The notes below the pieces were generated by a model that did no database searches, was not told the DNA's origin, and worked only from the letters and a program-made list of their open reading frames with translations. From the NCBI GenBank assembly GCA_963666315.2, contig CAXXHG010000022.1, positions 1 through 64,000 of the forward strand: a DNA stretch of 64,000 bases. Direction: 5' to 3'. This DNA comes from Candidatus Binatia bacterium (GTDB lineage: Bacteria > Desulfobacterota > Binatia > Bin18). A program made the position numbers and the translations under genes. This document shows positions 9,815 through 20,629 of the stretch, in pieces; the stretch's first letter is position 1; each line of letters begins with the position of its first letter.

Positions 9815-10759
9815 ATGACATCCAAACTTATCCTTCACCACTACGACTTCTCAAATTACTCCGAAAAGGTCCGCCTCGTCCTAGGTCTCAAAGGGTTAAC
9901 GTGGCGCTCGGTTGAGATTCCCCCTACCCTGCCCAAGCCTGACTACACTCCGCTCACTGGAGGCTATCGACGCGCCCCTGCGCTGCAAATCGGGGCTGAT
10001 GTTTTTTGTGACACAGCGCGGATTGTTGAAGAACTTGAACGCCGTTTTCCAGAACCCACGATTTATCCAGGACCAGATACCGCCGCGCAGCGGGCGTTCA
10101 TTGCCGGCCTGGAGCGCTGGACTGACTCCATCCTGACGCGCAATACGATCAATTACATTTCCTGCCAGCATGCCGACGCCGACCGTTTCACTCCGGAGTT
10201 CTTAGCCGACCGTGCGGCTTTGTTAGGGAAACCCGAACCAGGTCTCGTCCACCGCAAGGCGGCGGCACATAAGAACTTAACCCAGCTTCGTCCCCAGCTC
10301 CGTTGGATCGGCGATATGCTCAGTGATAGACGACCCTATGTGTGTGGCGCTGCCATGTCCCTGGCAGACTGCGTGATCTATCACCCATTGTGGGTCATGG
10401 ATCAACTCTCTGGCCAACGTACAGCCGTCATCCCAAATCAAATCCGGCACTGGATGGATCGAATTGCCGGGCGCGGACACGGTACCTGCACGCCTCTGAC
10501 GGCGCTTGAAGCTCTCGCCGTGGCTGCTGCTGCGAACCCGGAACCGCCACTGCCAAGCGAAACGCTGCAGGGCGACCCCAGCCTTGGGGAGACCGTCTCA
10601 ATTACACCGATTGACTATGGCCGTGCCAATCCTAGCATCGGTACGCTGGTCTCCATCGACGCCCAGCGCATGGCCCTCCAGCATAGCAGCGAACGCACAG
10701 AGCTAGTCAGCGTGCACTTTCCGCGTTTTGGCTATCAGGTGCGTACAGTTTCGGCGTAA
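9815..10759 (+). CDS. Glutathione S-transferase family protein
   Basis: ILHHYDFSNYSEKVR, PLTGGYRRAPALQIGAD and C-terminal VHFPRFGY. Confidence 0.92.
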   Translation: MTSKLILHHYDFSNYSEKVRLVLGLKGLTWRSVEIPPTLPKPDYTPLTGGYRRAPALQIGADVFCDTARIVEELERRFPEPTIYPGPDTAAQRAFIAGLERWTDSILTRNTINYISCQHADADRFTPEFLADRAALLGKPEPGLVHRKAAAHKNLTQLRPQLRWIGDMLSDRRPYVCGAAMSLADCVIYHPLWVMDQLSGQRTAVIPNQIRHWMDRIAGRGHGTCTPLTALEALAVAAAANPEPPLPSETLQGDPSLGETVSITPIDYGRANPSIGTLVSIDAQRMALQHSSERTELVSVHFPRFGYQVRTVSA

Positions 10760-10799
10760 TCGCTCAGAGAGCCACGCGGGGCTACACTTGGTCGGGAGC

Positions 10800-11222
10800 C
10801 TATTCTCCCGGCTCAGGCTGGGCGACCTTCAGTGCGACCTCCTGTCCAAAGGCTATTTCGAGCGTATGTCCGTCCGGATCAGCCAAGAACGCCCAGTAGC
10901 CGATGGGATAGCCTGAATCGGTCGGACCCATGTGAAGACAGTCGTCGTCCCGTGCTTGTTCGCACAGACGATCTACTTCCTTACGGGTTTCACAGCCCAC
11001 GCCTAAATGGGCAAAGGGCAGCAGGGGAGCGTCGACGACGGGCACTTTAATGAGGACAATCACAAACGGACGCGTCCGATCGCTAAGCCAGACGACCTCA
11101 GTCCCGTCCGGGTCAGTCCGACGATGGACTATCTGCATGCGGGCGTAGGTCGCATAGAAGGTAGTACTCACTTCCATATTCGTAACCGGCAGTGCGATAT
11201 GGGTCAGTCCGATATCAGACAT
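10800..11222 (-). CDS. VOC/glyoxalase family protein
   Basis: LTHIALPV, AHLGV and DPDGHTLE. Confidence 0.9.
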   Translation of the reverse strand: MSDIGLTHIALPVTNMEVSTTFYATYARMQIVHRRTDPDGTEVVWLSDRTRPFVIVLIKVPVVDAPLLPFAHLGVGCETRKEVDRLCEQARDDDCLHMGPTDSGYPIGYWAFLADPDGHTLEIAFGQEVALKVAQPEPGE

Positions 11223-11357
11223 AGGAGGGCTCCTTCCTTCCCATGAGAAAATATAGACGTTGTCTCAAGAGCATCGAAAAACATTACGCCAGGTTGGAGG
11301 AAATGTCGCGACCTGCTAATAATTCCCGGTGCCATAAAAAATAGAGAGGAGTGTGTT

Positions 11358-12545
11358 ATGAGAGAAGCAGTCATCGTATCCACCGCCCGGACGCCCATTG
11401 GGAAAGCCTATCGCGGCGCATTCAATGATACCACTACGCCGACAATGGCCGCGCCAGTCCTGAAGGAAGCCATTAATCGTGCAAAGGTAGAGCCCGGAGA
11501 GATCGACGACCTTATTATGGGCGCAGCGCTCCAAGAAGGCAGCCAAGGTTATAATGTGGCCCGCCAATGTGGCATTGCTGCAGGACTCCCAGTCACGGTT
11601 TCTGGTCAAACGATTGATCGTCAATGTTCCTCAGGGCTGATGAGCATTTCGATGGCAGCCAAGCAGATTATCGCCGATGGCATGCAGACGGTTGTTGCTG
11701 GTGGGCTAGAATCCATCAGCCTTGTTCAAAACGACCATCAGAACGACTACCGAAATGAAGATGCCAGCGCACTAGAGCAGGCGCCGGATCTATATATGGC
11801 CATGATCGATACCGCCGAGGTTGTCGCAAAACGTTACAATGTCTCGCGCGAGGCACAGGACGAATATTCACTTCAAAGTCAGCAGCGGACGGCCGAGGCC
11901 CAGCAGGCAGGACGCTTCGACGACGAGATTATTCCATGCAGCACGACCAAGCTATTCACGGACAAGGAAACAGGCGAAATCACACGCCAGGAGATCACGA
12001 TTGAGCGGGACGAGTGTAATCGGCCCAACACAAACGCTTCAGGCTTAGCCGCTCTGCGACCGGTCATGGGCGAAGGCGGACTCATCACCGCCGGAAATGC
12101 CAGTCAGCTGTCGGACGGTGTTTCCGTCTGCGTGCTCATGGAACGTAAGCAGGCCGAGCAAAGCGGCCTCCAGCCCTTGGGCATTTACCGGGGTATGGCG
12201 GTCGCCGGCTGCAAGCCGGACGAGATGGGCATAGGACCGGTTTTTGCCGTGCCTAAGCTGCTCGAACGCAATGGCCTCAGCATGGATGATATCGACCTCT
12301 GGGAACTCAACGAAGCCTTCGCCTGCCAGGTCATCTACTGCCGTGACCAGCTTGGGATTCCGAATGAACGGCTGAACGTGAACGGTGGGGCAATCTCGAT
12401 CGGCCATCCTTACGGCATGAGCGGCTCGCGCATGGTCGGGCATGCGCTGATCGAGGGCAAACGACGCGGCGTGCGCAACGTTGTCATCACTATGTGTGTG
12501 GGCGGCGGAATGGGCGCAGCAGGCTTGTTTGAAGTGGCTTTGTGA
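11358..12545 (+). CDS. Acetyl-CoA C-acyltransferase (thiolase)
   Basis: RQCSSG, NEAFA, GHPYG and MCVGGGMG. Confidence 0.95.
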   Translation: MREAVIVSTARTPIGKAYRGAFNDTTTPTMAAPVLKEAINRAKVEPGEIDDLIMGAALQEGSQGYNVARQCGIAAGLPVTVSGQTIDRQCSSGLMSISMAAKQIIADGMQTVVAGGLESISLVQNDHQNDYRNEDASALEQAPDLYMAMIDTAEVVAKRYNVSREAQDEYSLQSQQRTAEAQQAGRFDDEIIPCSTTKLFTDKETGEITRQEITIERDECNRPNTNASGLAALRPVMGEGGLITAGNASQLSDGVSVCVLMERKQAEQSGLQPLGIYRGMAVAGCKPDEMGIGPVFAVPKLLERNGLSMDDIDLWELNEAFACQVIYCRDQLGIPNERLNVNGGAISIGHPYGMSGSRMVGHALIEGKRRGVRNVVITMCVGGGMGAAGLFEVAL

Positions 12546-12624
12546 TTTTCAGCTTCAGATATCTTTTTTCGTACGGGGGCTCGGCTGGTCCGGCCGGGCG
12601 CCTCTATCTCACCTGCTCACCTGC

Positions 12625-13659
12625 TCACCTTGGACGCGGCCACACATCGGGAACCGCGCTGGCCAGCCACTGTACTAAAGCGGCATTCACCTCAACAGGT
12701 TTTTCCTGAGCCATCCAGTGGCCTGAGCGTATTGTCTGCTGTGTCAGGTTACGACAGTAGGTGCGCATGGGTTCGGCCAGCCGCGAATGGATGCACTCGC
12801 ATACATAATCGTACTGCGCGGCAAGAAATAAAACGGGCATATCGAGATAGCCCTCATTCTGCGCAGTCTCCGCGTACGCCGCGTTGGCCGTGTGATTCAT
12901 ATACCACGAGGAGGGGCCGAAAAATCCATTGCGCTCCAGCGCGGAGGTATACACACTGAGGTCTTCCTCGGTGACAACATCAGCGTCACGCGGAAAGTCG
13001 GGAATCTCGCTTCCGCCAAGCATACCGTGATTCCGGCGGGCCGTTGATGTGAATGCTCGCTGCCCCTCGCCCTCTGGGTCGCCCTTGCGAAAAAACAGTT
13101 TGATGGCCTTATATACACGCGCGTCCATAGGCGCGATGGACTCATCAAAACTCTCTTCGTAGTAACGCATATAATCCCACTGGGCCGCTGGGAACTCACT
13201 TTCGGGATACAGGTCCCGGTCAGCCAGGGTCAGTGCATGCTCAAGGCCGCGTTCAAGCGTGTAGTACGGAACACACAAGTTCGCGACGGCACGGCAGCGG
13301 TCAGGGTGGTGGCTGGCGATATTCCAGGCAACCGGGCTCCCCCAATCGTGTCCCACCCATACGGCTTTGTCTTGTCCCAGCGAGTCCAATAGCTCCATCA
13401 TGTCGTGCACGATGAGTTCCTGCGCATAATCACTATGCTGATCGTATATGGACGAACGTCCATAACCGCGCATATCCGGCGCGATAGCACGAAACCCCAG
13501 CGCGGCAAGAGCGGGCAGTTGATGTCTCCAACTGATAGACAGCTCAGGCCAGCCATGGGTAAAGATCACAAGGGGTCCGTCTTCAGCTCCGGCCGCAAGA
13601 TAAAAGGTCGTATGCGAGTCTGTTTTCGTTGTGTGCTCCGTAATGGGCAGAGTGGGCAT
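12625..13659 (-). CDS. Alpha/beta-fold epoxide hydrolase-like protein
   Basis: HGWPE, PDMRGYG, GHDWG and SGHWMAQE. Confidence 0.9.
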   Translation of the reverse strand: MPTLPITEHTTKTDSHTTFYLAAGAEDGPLVIFTHGWPELSISWRHQLPALAALGFRAIAPDMRGYGRSSIYDQHSDYAQELIVHDMMELLDSLGQDKAVWVGHDWGSPVAWNIASHHPDRCRAVANLCVPYYTLERGLEHALTLADRDLYPESEFPAAQWDYMRYYEESFDESIAPMDARVYKAIKLFFRKGDPEGEGQRAFTSTARRNHGMLGGSEIPDFPRDADVVTEEDLSVYTSALERNGFFGPSSWYMNHTANAAYAETAQNEGYLDMPVLFLAAQYDYVCECIHSRLAEPMRTYCRNLTQQTIRSGHWMAQEKPVEVNAALVQWLASAVPDVWPRPR

Positions 13660-13684
13660 ACAGGTCTCCTTGTCTTTATATCGC

Positions 13685-14095
13685 TCAGAAGCTGAGCGTG
13701 GTCTGGATCAGTAGCTGGCCAACCAGGCCGGCTTCCCGGTGGACACTGATCTCTTGCACCTCGGGCAACGTGACGATCCGCACGAACTCCTCCCGCGAGG
13801 GGTATTCCATGAGCCCAACAATGTCCCACAGCTCGTCCACCTCTCCGATCACTAACCCTTGCACCTCGCCGCCGAATACAAACCGCCCGCCTTCGCGTTC
13901 GACGATGCCTTTCATTTTCTCGGCATAGCGTTTATAGGCCTCCGCACCCGAGACCTCGTCTGGCCGACCGTCCGTATAAACGGCCTTATCACGAAACTTG
14001 AGCAGATTGACCATAACAAACGACCCCTGCCCTGTCTGATCCGCGATTGCCTGCATTTGTCCTGAGGTCGGATACACTGCGTTTTTTACCTTCAT
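13685..14095 (-). CDS. DUF1330 family protein
   Basis: MVNLLKFR, SGAEAY, WDIVGLMEYPSR and HREAGL; start after GGAGG RBS. Confidence 0.85.
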   Translation of the reverse strand: MKVKNAVYPTSGQMQAIADQTGQGSFVMVNLLKFRDKAVYTDGRPDEVSGAEAYKRYAEKMKGIVEREGGRFVFGGEVQGLVIGEVDELWDIVGLMEYPSREEFVRIVTLPEVQEISVHREAGLVGQLLIQTTLSF

Positions 14096-14137
14096 TTTAT
14101 CCTCCGTTTGTCCTCCGTACATATTGAACGGACAGCC

Positions 14138-14788
14138 TCAATCCACGATACGAAGCTCACGTCCACGGGCAGCAAGCAGCGGCTTGACCAGTTCACCAAA
14201 CCCGTCGGGCTCAAAGCCCTGCAAGTCGTCAAAGCGCGCGTCTGTACTGTCAAACGTCAGCTGAGCGATGCCGTCATAGACCATGTCGCGCTTAGGGTTC
14301 ACCAGGTCTACGCTGTAACGCACCGCGCTGGGCGTTCTATTGACGGCAGCCGCAACGTTGGCGATATGCACATCGAGCCAGTATTTATCCAATTCGGACC
14401 GGTCGATTTCCGGCCGCCGTTTGACAAAATAGACCAGCTTCGTCATGTCGCGATCCGTGGGACCATCCAGGTTGACGTGCTCGGTCACAGACAACCACGT
14501 GCCCTTCCCCATATCGGCATACTCGTTGAAGCCGTCGGCAAGGATTTCCGACGCTGCCTCACGTCCAACCATAGTATCGAAATGATTTTTATCCCGAAAC
14601 CATAATTCGGCCATGCCATCCAGCCCCGGATCATAAGGCGTGTCTTGTGGGTCGAAGAACGTAATCCGATAACGCTCCGGCTTGGCGATCTTCACCACAT
14701 GCGGGGCATCGACGTGCTCCCACACACGTACGAGTTCATCATGCGAAACGTGCTCTTGCCGTATAACCGTCGCCGTCCATTTCAGCAT
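14138..14788 (-). CDS. Tandem EthD-domain protein
   Basis: Two repeats of W...H...Y...DG(M/I)A(E/Q)L; AGGAGA RBS. Confidence 0.8.
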   Translation of the reverse strand: MLKWTATVIRQEHVSHDELVRVWEHVDAPHVVKIAKPERYRITFFDPQDTPYDPGLDGMAELWFRDKNHFDTMVGREAASEILADGFNEYADMGKGTWLSVTEHVNLDGPTDRDMTKLVYFVKRRPEIDRSELDKYWLDVHIANVAAAVNRTPSAVRYSVDLVNPKRDMVYDGIAQLTFDSTDARFDDLQGFEPDGFGELVKPLLAARGRELRIVD

Positions 14789-14987
14789 ACTTTCTCCTAT
14801 GTTCACGTGATGCATTTTTTTAACAGTATCTTGGCCTCTTGCAAATCCTGGGTATCAAATTCCTCTTTGCTGCGCGCTTGACAGACTGCGCGACGTGGAC
14901 AAGGGTAACGTGAGTCTTTCTCCTTGACGGAGCGTTGCCGTCCACGAAAAACTATCACAGTGAGGGAGAGTCCAGATTGGAGCATCT

Positions 14988-15998
14988 ATGCAGTACACAA
15001 AGCTTGGCAATACTGGCATGACCGTCTCGCGCATCTGTCTTGGCTGTATGAGCTACGGCGATGGGAAATGGCGCGACTGGACCGTTGGTGAGGACGAGGC
15101 ACGCGAACACTTCGCGGTTGCGCTCGAAGCGGGCATCACCTTTTTTGATACCGCCGATGTTTATTCAATCGGTACCAGCGAAGAGATCACCGGGCGCTGG
15201 CTGGGTGAAATGGCCGCGCGCGACGATGTTGTGGTGGCCACCAAGGTCAACGGCCCCATGGGACCGGGCCCCAACCGGCGTGGGCTGAGTCGCAAGCATA
15301 TTATCGAAGCGTGTGAGAATTCCCTGCGTCGACTCAAGATGGATTATATTGACCTGTACCAGATCCACCGCTGGGACTTTTCCACACCAATTGAAGAAAC
15401 ACTGGAAGCCCTCGATTCCCTCGTACGCGCGGGCAAGGTGCGCTATCTCGGCGCCAGCAGCATGGCAGCGTGGCAGTTCTCCAAAGCCCTGTACCTGGCC
15501 AAAGAGCACGGCTGGCACCGCTTTGTCGCCATGCAGAACCATTACAACCTCATCTACCGTGAGGAAGAACGCGAGATGAACCCGGTGTGCATCGACCAAG
15601 ACGTTGCCTTGATTCCGTGGAGCCCGTTAGCGCGTGGATTTTTCGCAGGGAATCGCACCAAGGAGGCAGGCCAGGGACCGACCAAGCGGGCGCAGACGGA
15701 CAAGATGACGCGGGCAATGTATTTCAATGACAGCGACGAAGAGGTCGCGGCCGCAGTCCAAAAAGTCGCTCAGGAGCACGGGCTGGCACCAACGCAGATC
15801 GCGTGCGCCTGGGTGTTACAGGCTCCAGGTGTGGTTGCGCCGATTGTCGGTGCGACGAAAACCCACCATCTCAAGGAGATCTTTGAGACAATTGATATCA
15901 CGCTCAGCGCTGAGGAAGTGGTGGCAATGGAGGCACCCTATCAGCCGCATCCCATATTGGGGCATCAACAGCCTGACCCAAAGCGAATGGTGAAGTAA
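14988..15998 (+). CDS. Aldo/keto reductase
   Basis: SRICLGCMSYG, FFDTADVY, DLYQIHRWD and PWSPLARG. Confidence 0.95.
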   Translation: MQYTKLGNTGMTVSRICLGCMSYGDGKWRDWTVGEDEAREHFAVALEAGITFFDTADVYSIGTSEEITGRWLGEMAARDDVVVATKVNGPMGPGPNRRGLSRKHIIEACENSLRRLKMDYIDLYQIHRWDFSTPIEETLEALDSLVRAGKVRYLGASSMAAWQFSKALYLAKEHGWHRFVAMQNHYNLIYREEEREMNPVCIDQDVALIPWSPLARGFFAGNRTKEAGQGPTKRAQTDKMTRAMYFNDSDEEVAAAVQKVAQEHGLAPTQIACAWVLQAPGVVAPIVGATKTHHLKEIFETIDITLSAEEVVAMEAPYQPHPILGHQQPDPKRMVK

Positions 15999-16057
15999 CC
16001 CGCCACCCATCTATCCCACCGGAGAGACACAGAAACATCAAAAAAGGAGAGAACACT

Positions 16058-16810
16058 ATGGCAGGTCTTGTGACAGGAAAAGTCGCGCTCGTTACCGGGA
16101 GCGGCTCAGGGATAGGTAGAGCCTCAGCGCTTGCATTCGCACGGGAAGGCGCACAGGTTGTTGTTTCTGACGTGAGCGTTGCAGGCGGAGAAGAGACAGT
16201 CCACCTGATTCAGCAAGCTGGTGGAGAGGCGGTTTTTGTCAAAGCGGATGTTTCGCAGCCGGCTGAAGTCGAGGCGCTCATTGCCAAAACAGTTGCAGCC
16301 TATGGCCGACTGGATTGCGCCCACAACAACGCCGGCATTGCCGGGCGAACGGCGCGAGTCGCTGATGACACTGAGGAGAATTGGGACCAGATCTTGGCCA
16401 TCAACTTAAAGGGCGTCTGGCTGTGTATGAAGTATGAAATCCCAGCCATGTTGCGGGACGGGGGCGGGGCGATTGTGAACACGGCCTCTGACGCCGGGCT
16501 CATTGGCGTGCGGCGTACGGGAGCCTATGTGGCCAGCAAGCATGGGGTTGTTGGTCTGACAAAGACGGCGGCGCTTGAGTATGCCAAGTCCGGCATCCGG
16601 GTAAACGCTGTCTGTCCGGGGCCAATTGATACCCCGATGCTCCAGCAGGTAGCCGGCCAAGTCCTTGAAAAGATGGCGGCTGCCCAGCCCAACGGACGCT
16701 TGGGAAAACCTGAGGAAATCGCCGAGGTAGCCGTGTGGCTCTGCTCTGATGCCGCCTCTTTTGTGACGGGGCACCCCATGCCTGTGGATGGCGGGTATAT
16801 GGCGCAGTAG
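16058..16810 (+). CDS. SDR oxidoreductase
   Basis: TGSGSGIG, NNAG and YVASK. Confidence 0.95.
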   Translation: MAGLVTGKVALVTGSGSGIGRASALAFAREGAQVVVSDVSVAGGEETVHLIQQAGGEAVFVKADVSQPAEVEALIAKTVAAYGRLDCAHNNAGIAGRTARVADDTEENWDQILAINLKGVWLCMKYEIPAMLRDGGGAIVNTASDAGLIGVRRTGAYVASKHGVVGLTKTAALEYAKSGIRVNAVCPGPIDTPMLQQVAGQVLEKMAAAQPNGRLGKPEEIAEVAVWLCSDAASFVTGHPMPVDGGYMAQ

Positions 16811-16815
16811 ATACT

Positions 16816-16850
16816 GTAGAGGCAGACACGCAGAGCGCGCGTGTCTGCCC
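16816..16850. repeat. GTAG-type REP/hairpin between convergent genes
   Basis: GTAGA GGCAGACACGC...GCGTGTCTGCC inverted repeat. Confidence 0.65.
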
Positions 16851-16861
16851 GGGAAGAGTTT

Positions 16862-18574
16862 TTAACGTTGCGCCAACGGCCCACGCAGCAGCTGCCCAGG
16901 CAGGGCGCCGGTGTGTTCGTTGTTACGCAGAACGACCTCACCATTAACGACAGTGGCAAGAAAGCCATTCGCCTTCTGCTTCAGCCGCCGGGCGCCGGAG
17001 GGCAGATCATAGCTGAGCTCCGGCACTTGTGGCTCAACCGTATCCGGATTAAAGATCGCCACGTCCGCATTCCAGCCCTCGCGCAACAGTCCTCGGCCGG
17101 TTAAACCCCAATGAGACGCCGGCACGAAGCTGAGCTGTCGTACTGCGTCTTCCAAGGTCATGACCTCTTTTTCGCGCACCCAATGGCTGAGCAGATGGGT
17201 CTGCAAAGACGAATCCATAATCTGCGACACATGTGCACCAGAGTCGGAGAAGGTAATCACCGAGCGCGGATGCTGCATCATCTCTAACGTGCTGGGCTCA
17301 TGCGTGTTCGTCAGCGGCTGCATGAAGAAGCGTTTCAGTTCCTTCTCCAGGGCGAGATCGATATATGTCTCGACGGGACCTTGATTACGTTCAGCCGCAA
17401 TCTCTGCAATCGATTGGTACGGTGGCACGGCCTTGTCCATGATCGGGAACAGCCATTTAAAATTGGCCGCTCGAGCTTCGGCCCCAACAGCACGGCTGCC
17501 GGCCGGCGCAGGGTTATTAGCTGACTCAATCAGCTTCTGGCGCATCTCAGGATTGCGCAGGGCGTCGGCCTGTTCTGTTAGTGACAGTTTACGGATTTCA
17601 CGCCAGACCGGCAGTTTGTCGAACGAGGTCACAGTCTCAAACGACTGGAGTACGCTGATAGCGCGGCTGTGGACCTGGATGAACATGCGGCCGCCGGCTG
17701 CGGCAGTTTCATCCGCCAGGGTAAAGAACGGCCGCCAGTAGTCGGGAGCCTTGGGGGCACTAAACATACCAAACGTAACAGGCACCCCGGTGTCCACCGC
17801 CAGGGCTTTCAGCCGATCACAGTAATCTTTGATCCGTTCGGGATTGAGCCCGGTATCTTCGCCCGCGATTTCAAATACGCCCGCGTTCAGCTCACCTAGC
17901 ACACCGACTAGTTGGCGCACCTCTTCCCACGTCGCCAGACGACTCGCAACCGGTCGGCCGTCTGGTGTCTGATGGTTACGCGTGCGCGAGGTCGTAAAGC
18001 CCGCCGCACCGGCTTGAATAGCGCCGCGCACTTCGCGCTTCATCGCATCCAGGTCGTCAGACGTTGCTTCTTCAGTAAACGCCCGCTCGCCCATCACATA
18101 GGTGCGCAGTGCCGAATGACCGATATAGGCAGCGTAGTTGATGCCTTTGGGCAGCCGCTCAACGGCATCCAAATATTCAGGATACGTTGTCCAGCTCCAC
18201 TTGATGCCGGCCTGCATGGCTTCGGGCGAAATGTCTTCCGCCCGCTCCAGATTACGTATCACCATGAGTTTGTTTTCTTCGCTGCACGGGGCAAGGGTGA
18301 ATCCGCAGTTGCCCATCACCACGCTGGTAATGCCGTGCCAGCAGGAGCAAGTGCCCAGCGGATCCCAAAACACCTGGGCGTCCATATGGGTATGGCCATC
18401 AATAAACCCTGGGCTGACAACGTGGCCCTCGGCATCGATGATCTCTTTCGCGCCAGCACGGATTCTACCAATGGCAGCGATTTTGCCCTGGACAATGCCC
18501 ACATCCGCCTGAAAACGAGGCATCCCCGAGCCATCAACAACAGTCCCGTTTTTAATGAGCATGTCGTATTGCAT
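16862..18574 (-). CDS. N-acyl-D-amino-acid deacylase-like amidohydrolase
   Basis: PGFIDGHTHMD, GNCGF, SDSGAH and RGLLREGWNAD. Confidence 0.9.
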   Translation of the reverse strand: MQYDMLIKNGTVVDGSGMPRFQADVGIVQGKIAAIGRIRAGAKEIIDAEGHVVSPGFIDGHTHMDAQVFWDPLGTCSCWHGITSVVMGNCGFTLAPCSEENKLMVIRNLERAEDISPEAMQAGIKWSWTTYPEYLDAVERLPKGINYAAYIGHSALRTYVMGERAFTEEATSDDLDAMKREVRGAIQAGAAGFTTSRTRNHQTPDGRPVASRLATWEEVRQLVGVLGELNAGVFEIAGEDTGLNPERIKDYCDRLKALAVDTGVPVTFGMFSAPKAPDYWRPFFTLADETAAAGGRMFIQVHSRAISVLQSFETVTSFDKLPVWREIRKLSLTEQADALRNPEMRQKLIESANNPAPAGSRAVGAEARAANFKWLFPIMDKAVPPYQSIAEIAAERNQGPVETYIDLALEKELKRFFMQPLTNTHEPSTLEMMQHPRSVITFSDSGAHVSQIMDSSLQTHLLSHWVREKEVMTLEDAVRQLSFVPASHWGLTGRGLLREGWNADVAIFNPDTVEPQVPELSYDLPSGARRLKQKANGFLATVVNGEVVLRNNEHTGALPGQLLRGPLAQR

Positions 18575-18787
18575 ACTTCTTCATATAGACCATGCAGGAG
18601 ATGTAAGGCAAGGCCTCTCGGTGAATCGTCCGCTCCAAAACCTTTGCTCCACTTACTCGACTCGACTTGACCAACCCTGGGCTGCCTCTGCTTATGTAGT
18701 TGTCCAGTTGTCAAGCGGAACACTCCTAGCTAGATTGCACCCGTTTGGTGAGGCATCGCTTACACACCGATGCAGGAGGAAAGAACC

Positions 18788-20344
18788 ATGAGATATGTCA
18801 TCGTTTTCCACGTATTGCTCGTATCGCTGTTTGCAGCGTGGCCGGCCTGGGCCACGGTCGAGATCTCGGGTCGCGTTCTGGGGCCGGACGGAGAACCGGC
18901 CGCCGGCGTCATGGTGGTGGCACGCCACGATGCGGCCGGACGAAGCCTGGCCCGCTTTACCGACACTCAGGGCGCGTTTTCCTTTCCTCAGCTGCCTGCC
19001 GGAGAGGTCAGCCTGATCGCGCGTTGGAAAGGCTTGGGGGAAAGCGCGGAGGTCAAAAAAGCAGCCGCTGACGGGGAAAGCCTGCAGGTTGAGCTGAAGA
19101 TGCAGACGGTCGAGCCTCAGGAACAGATGACTGACAGCGACTGGATTGCACTCCTGCCTGACAGTGAGGAGAAACTCCTCATGCGCAAAGGCCAGTGCAC
19201 GGCCTGCCATACCATCGAGCGCCTCCTGCAGCCTGAGCGAAGCGAGGAGCGTTGGCGGACCATCGTCAAGCGCATGAACGACCTCTTCGTATATGCCTGG
19301 GTGCCGGGCGACCGGATGGACCGCTTTGTCCACTATATGAAGGCCAACTCCGGCGACAATGCGCCTGCACCGCGCTTGGTAAATATCCCGCAGCCTCTTA
19401 ATGGCGCAGCGCGGGGCGTAGCGCTGATTGAATACGACGCTCCGTCGTTATCTTCGCAGCTGCACGATCTGTGTATGGGACCGGACGGCAACCTGTGGTA
19501 CGCGGACTACAGCGCGGGCAACAAGATCGGCCGCTTTAATCCGGACACGGCTGAATTCACAGAGTGGGACATGCCGACCGAGAACTCGTACCCCCACTCT
19601 GTCATCACCGATGAGGCCGGCAACTTGTGGATCACCGAGGCACTGGGCAACAAGATCGCCGTGTTCAACATCAAAACCGAGACTTTCAAGGAATACCCCT
19701 TGCCGATAGGGATGGCATTTCCCCACACGCATGAACTCGATTCACACGGGAATCTGTGGTTTACCAACTCGGGCAACCCCCAGGACAAGAACCTGGTGAT
19801 GAGACTCGATCCCCGGACCGGTACGTTTACCCAGTACGAAGTCCTGCCGCAGCCGTGGAAGTTTCTGTACGGCTTATTCATTGATTCTCAAGACCGGGTG
19901 TATTTCAGCGCCATGAAGGGCGACGTGCTCGGCCGCATCGATGCCAAGACCGACAAGATCGAGATCTTTAGCCCGCCGACCCTGCCCGCCGGCCTACGCC
20001 GTTTCAGCATTGATGCCAAGGACAACGTCTGGGTAGCCAACTGGGTCAACGGCAAGTTGCTGAGGTTCGATCCGCTGACCGAAAAGTTCACCGAATTTAG
20101 CGTCCCGGCACCCAAGGGGGCCCAACTCTATACAGCTTATGCGGATGGCCGGCGGGGGATTTGGTATAGCGACGTCGGTGCGAACGCGGTTGGCCTATTC
20201 CAGCCGGAAACGCACACCTTCACCGAATGGCCTTTTATCACCAAGGACGCCGAGGTCCGTAAATTCGTATGGGATGAGAAACGTCACACCTTATGGTACG
20301 GCGTGTGGTGGGGAAAGATCGGTGGGTTGGTGCTGGCAGACTAA
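18788..20344 (+). CDS. Exported protein: carboxypeptidase-regulatory-like domain + c-type heme (CTACH) + Vgb-like beta-propeller
   Basis: Signal peptide ending AWA; ISGRVLGPDGEP; GQCTACHT; repeated GNLW/IGRFNP propeller blades. Confidence 0.8.
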   Translation: MRYVIVFHVLLVSLFAAWPAWATVEISGRVLGPDGEPAAGVMVVARHDAAGRSLARFTDTQGAFSFPQLPAGEVSLIARWKGLGESAEVKKAAADGESLQVELKMQTVEPQEQMTDSDWIALLPDSEEKLLMRKGQCTACHTIERLLQPERSEERWRTIVKRMNDLFVYAWVPGDRMDRFVHYMKANSGDNAPAPRLVNIPQPLNGAARGVALIEYDAPSLSSQLHDLCMGPDGNLWYADYSAGNKIGRFNPDTAEFTEWDMPTENSYPHSVITDEAGNLWITEALGNKIAVFNIKTETFKEYPLPIGMAFPHTHELDSHGNLWFTNSGNPQDKNLVMRLDPRTGTFTQYEVLPQPWKFLYGLFIDSQDRVYFSAMKGDVLGRIDAKTDKIEIFSPPTLPAGLRRFSIDAKDNVWVANWVNGKLLRFDPLTEKFTEFSVPAPKGAQLYTAYADGRRGIWYSDVGANAVGLFQPETHTFTEWPFITKDAEVRKFVWDEKRHTLWYGVWWGKIGGLVLAD

Positions 20345-20379
20345 GAGCGCCTAATGAAACTCCCTCTTGTATCGTAAGC

Positions 20380-20445
20380 CTGGATACCTGCTTGCGCAGG
20401 GAGGACACAACAAGGACTGTCATTTCCGTGGAAACGGGAATCCAG
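20380..20445. repeat. Extragenic palindromic element of the GTCATTCCCG...GGGAATCCAG type
   Basis: CTGGATACCTGCTTGCGCAGG ... GTCATTTCCGTGGAAACGGGAATCCAG. Confidence 0.6.
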
Positions 20446-20562
20446 GGGGTGGGGCTAGGGTACGGAGTACGAGGTACTGACAACTTGCTTTGGGCAGTTT
20501 TGTTCGTGGTTCTCAGTGGACCTTTCGTCTCTCTCCTTTCGTGCAGCCGAGCGAAGAAACAG

Positions 20563-20590
20563 TTGACACTAGGAAAAAAGATGATGTAAT
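20563..20590 (+). promoter_or_regulatory. Putative sigma70 promoter of the carAa-like operon
   Basis: TTGACA-N16-TGTAAT, about 105 bp upstream of ATG 20697. Confidence 0.55.
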
Positions 20591-20629
20591 TCTGGCGACT
20601 CTTCGATCTTTTCACATGAGAGCCAAACG

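Noticed and set aside
12608-12630. CTCACCTG x3 and other short tandem repeats as regulatory iterons
   Set aside because: Too short, located at gene 3' ends, and with no associated replication or regulatory gene.
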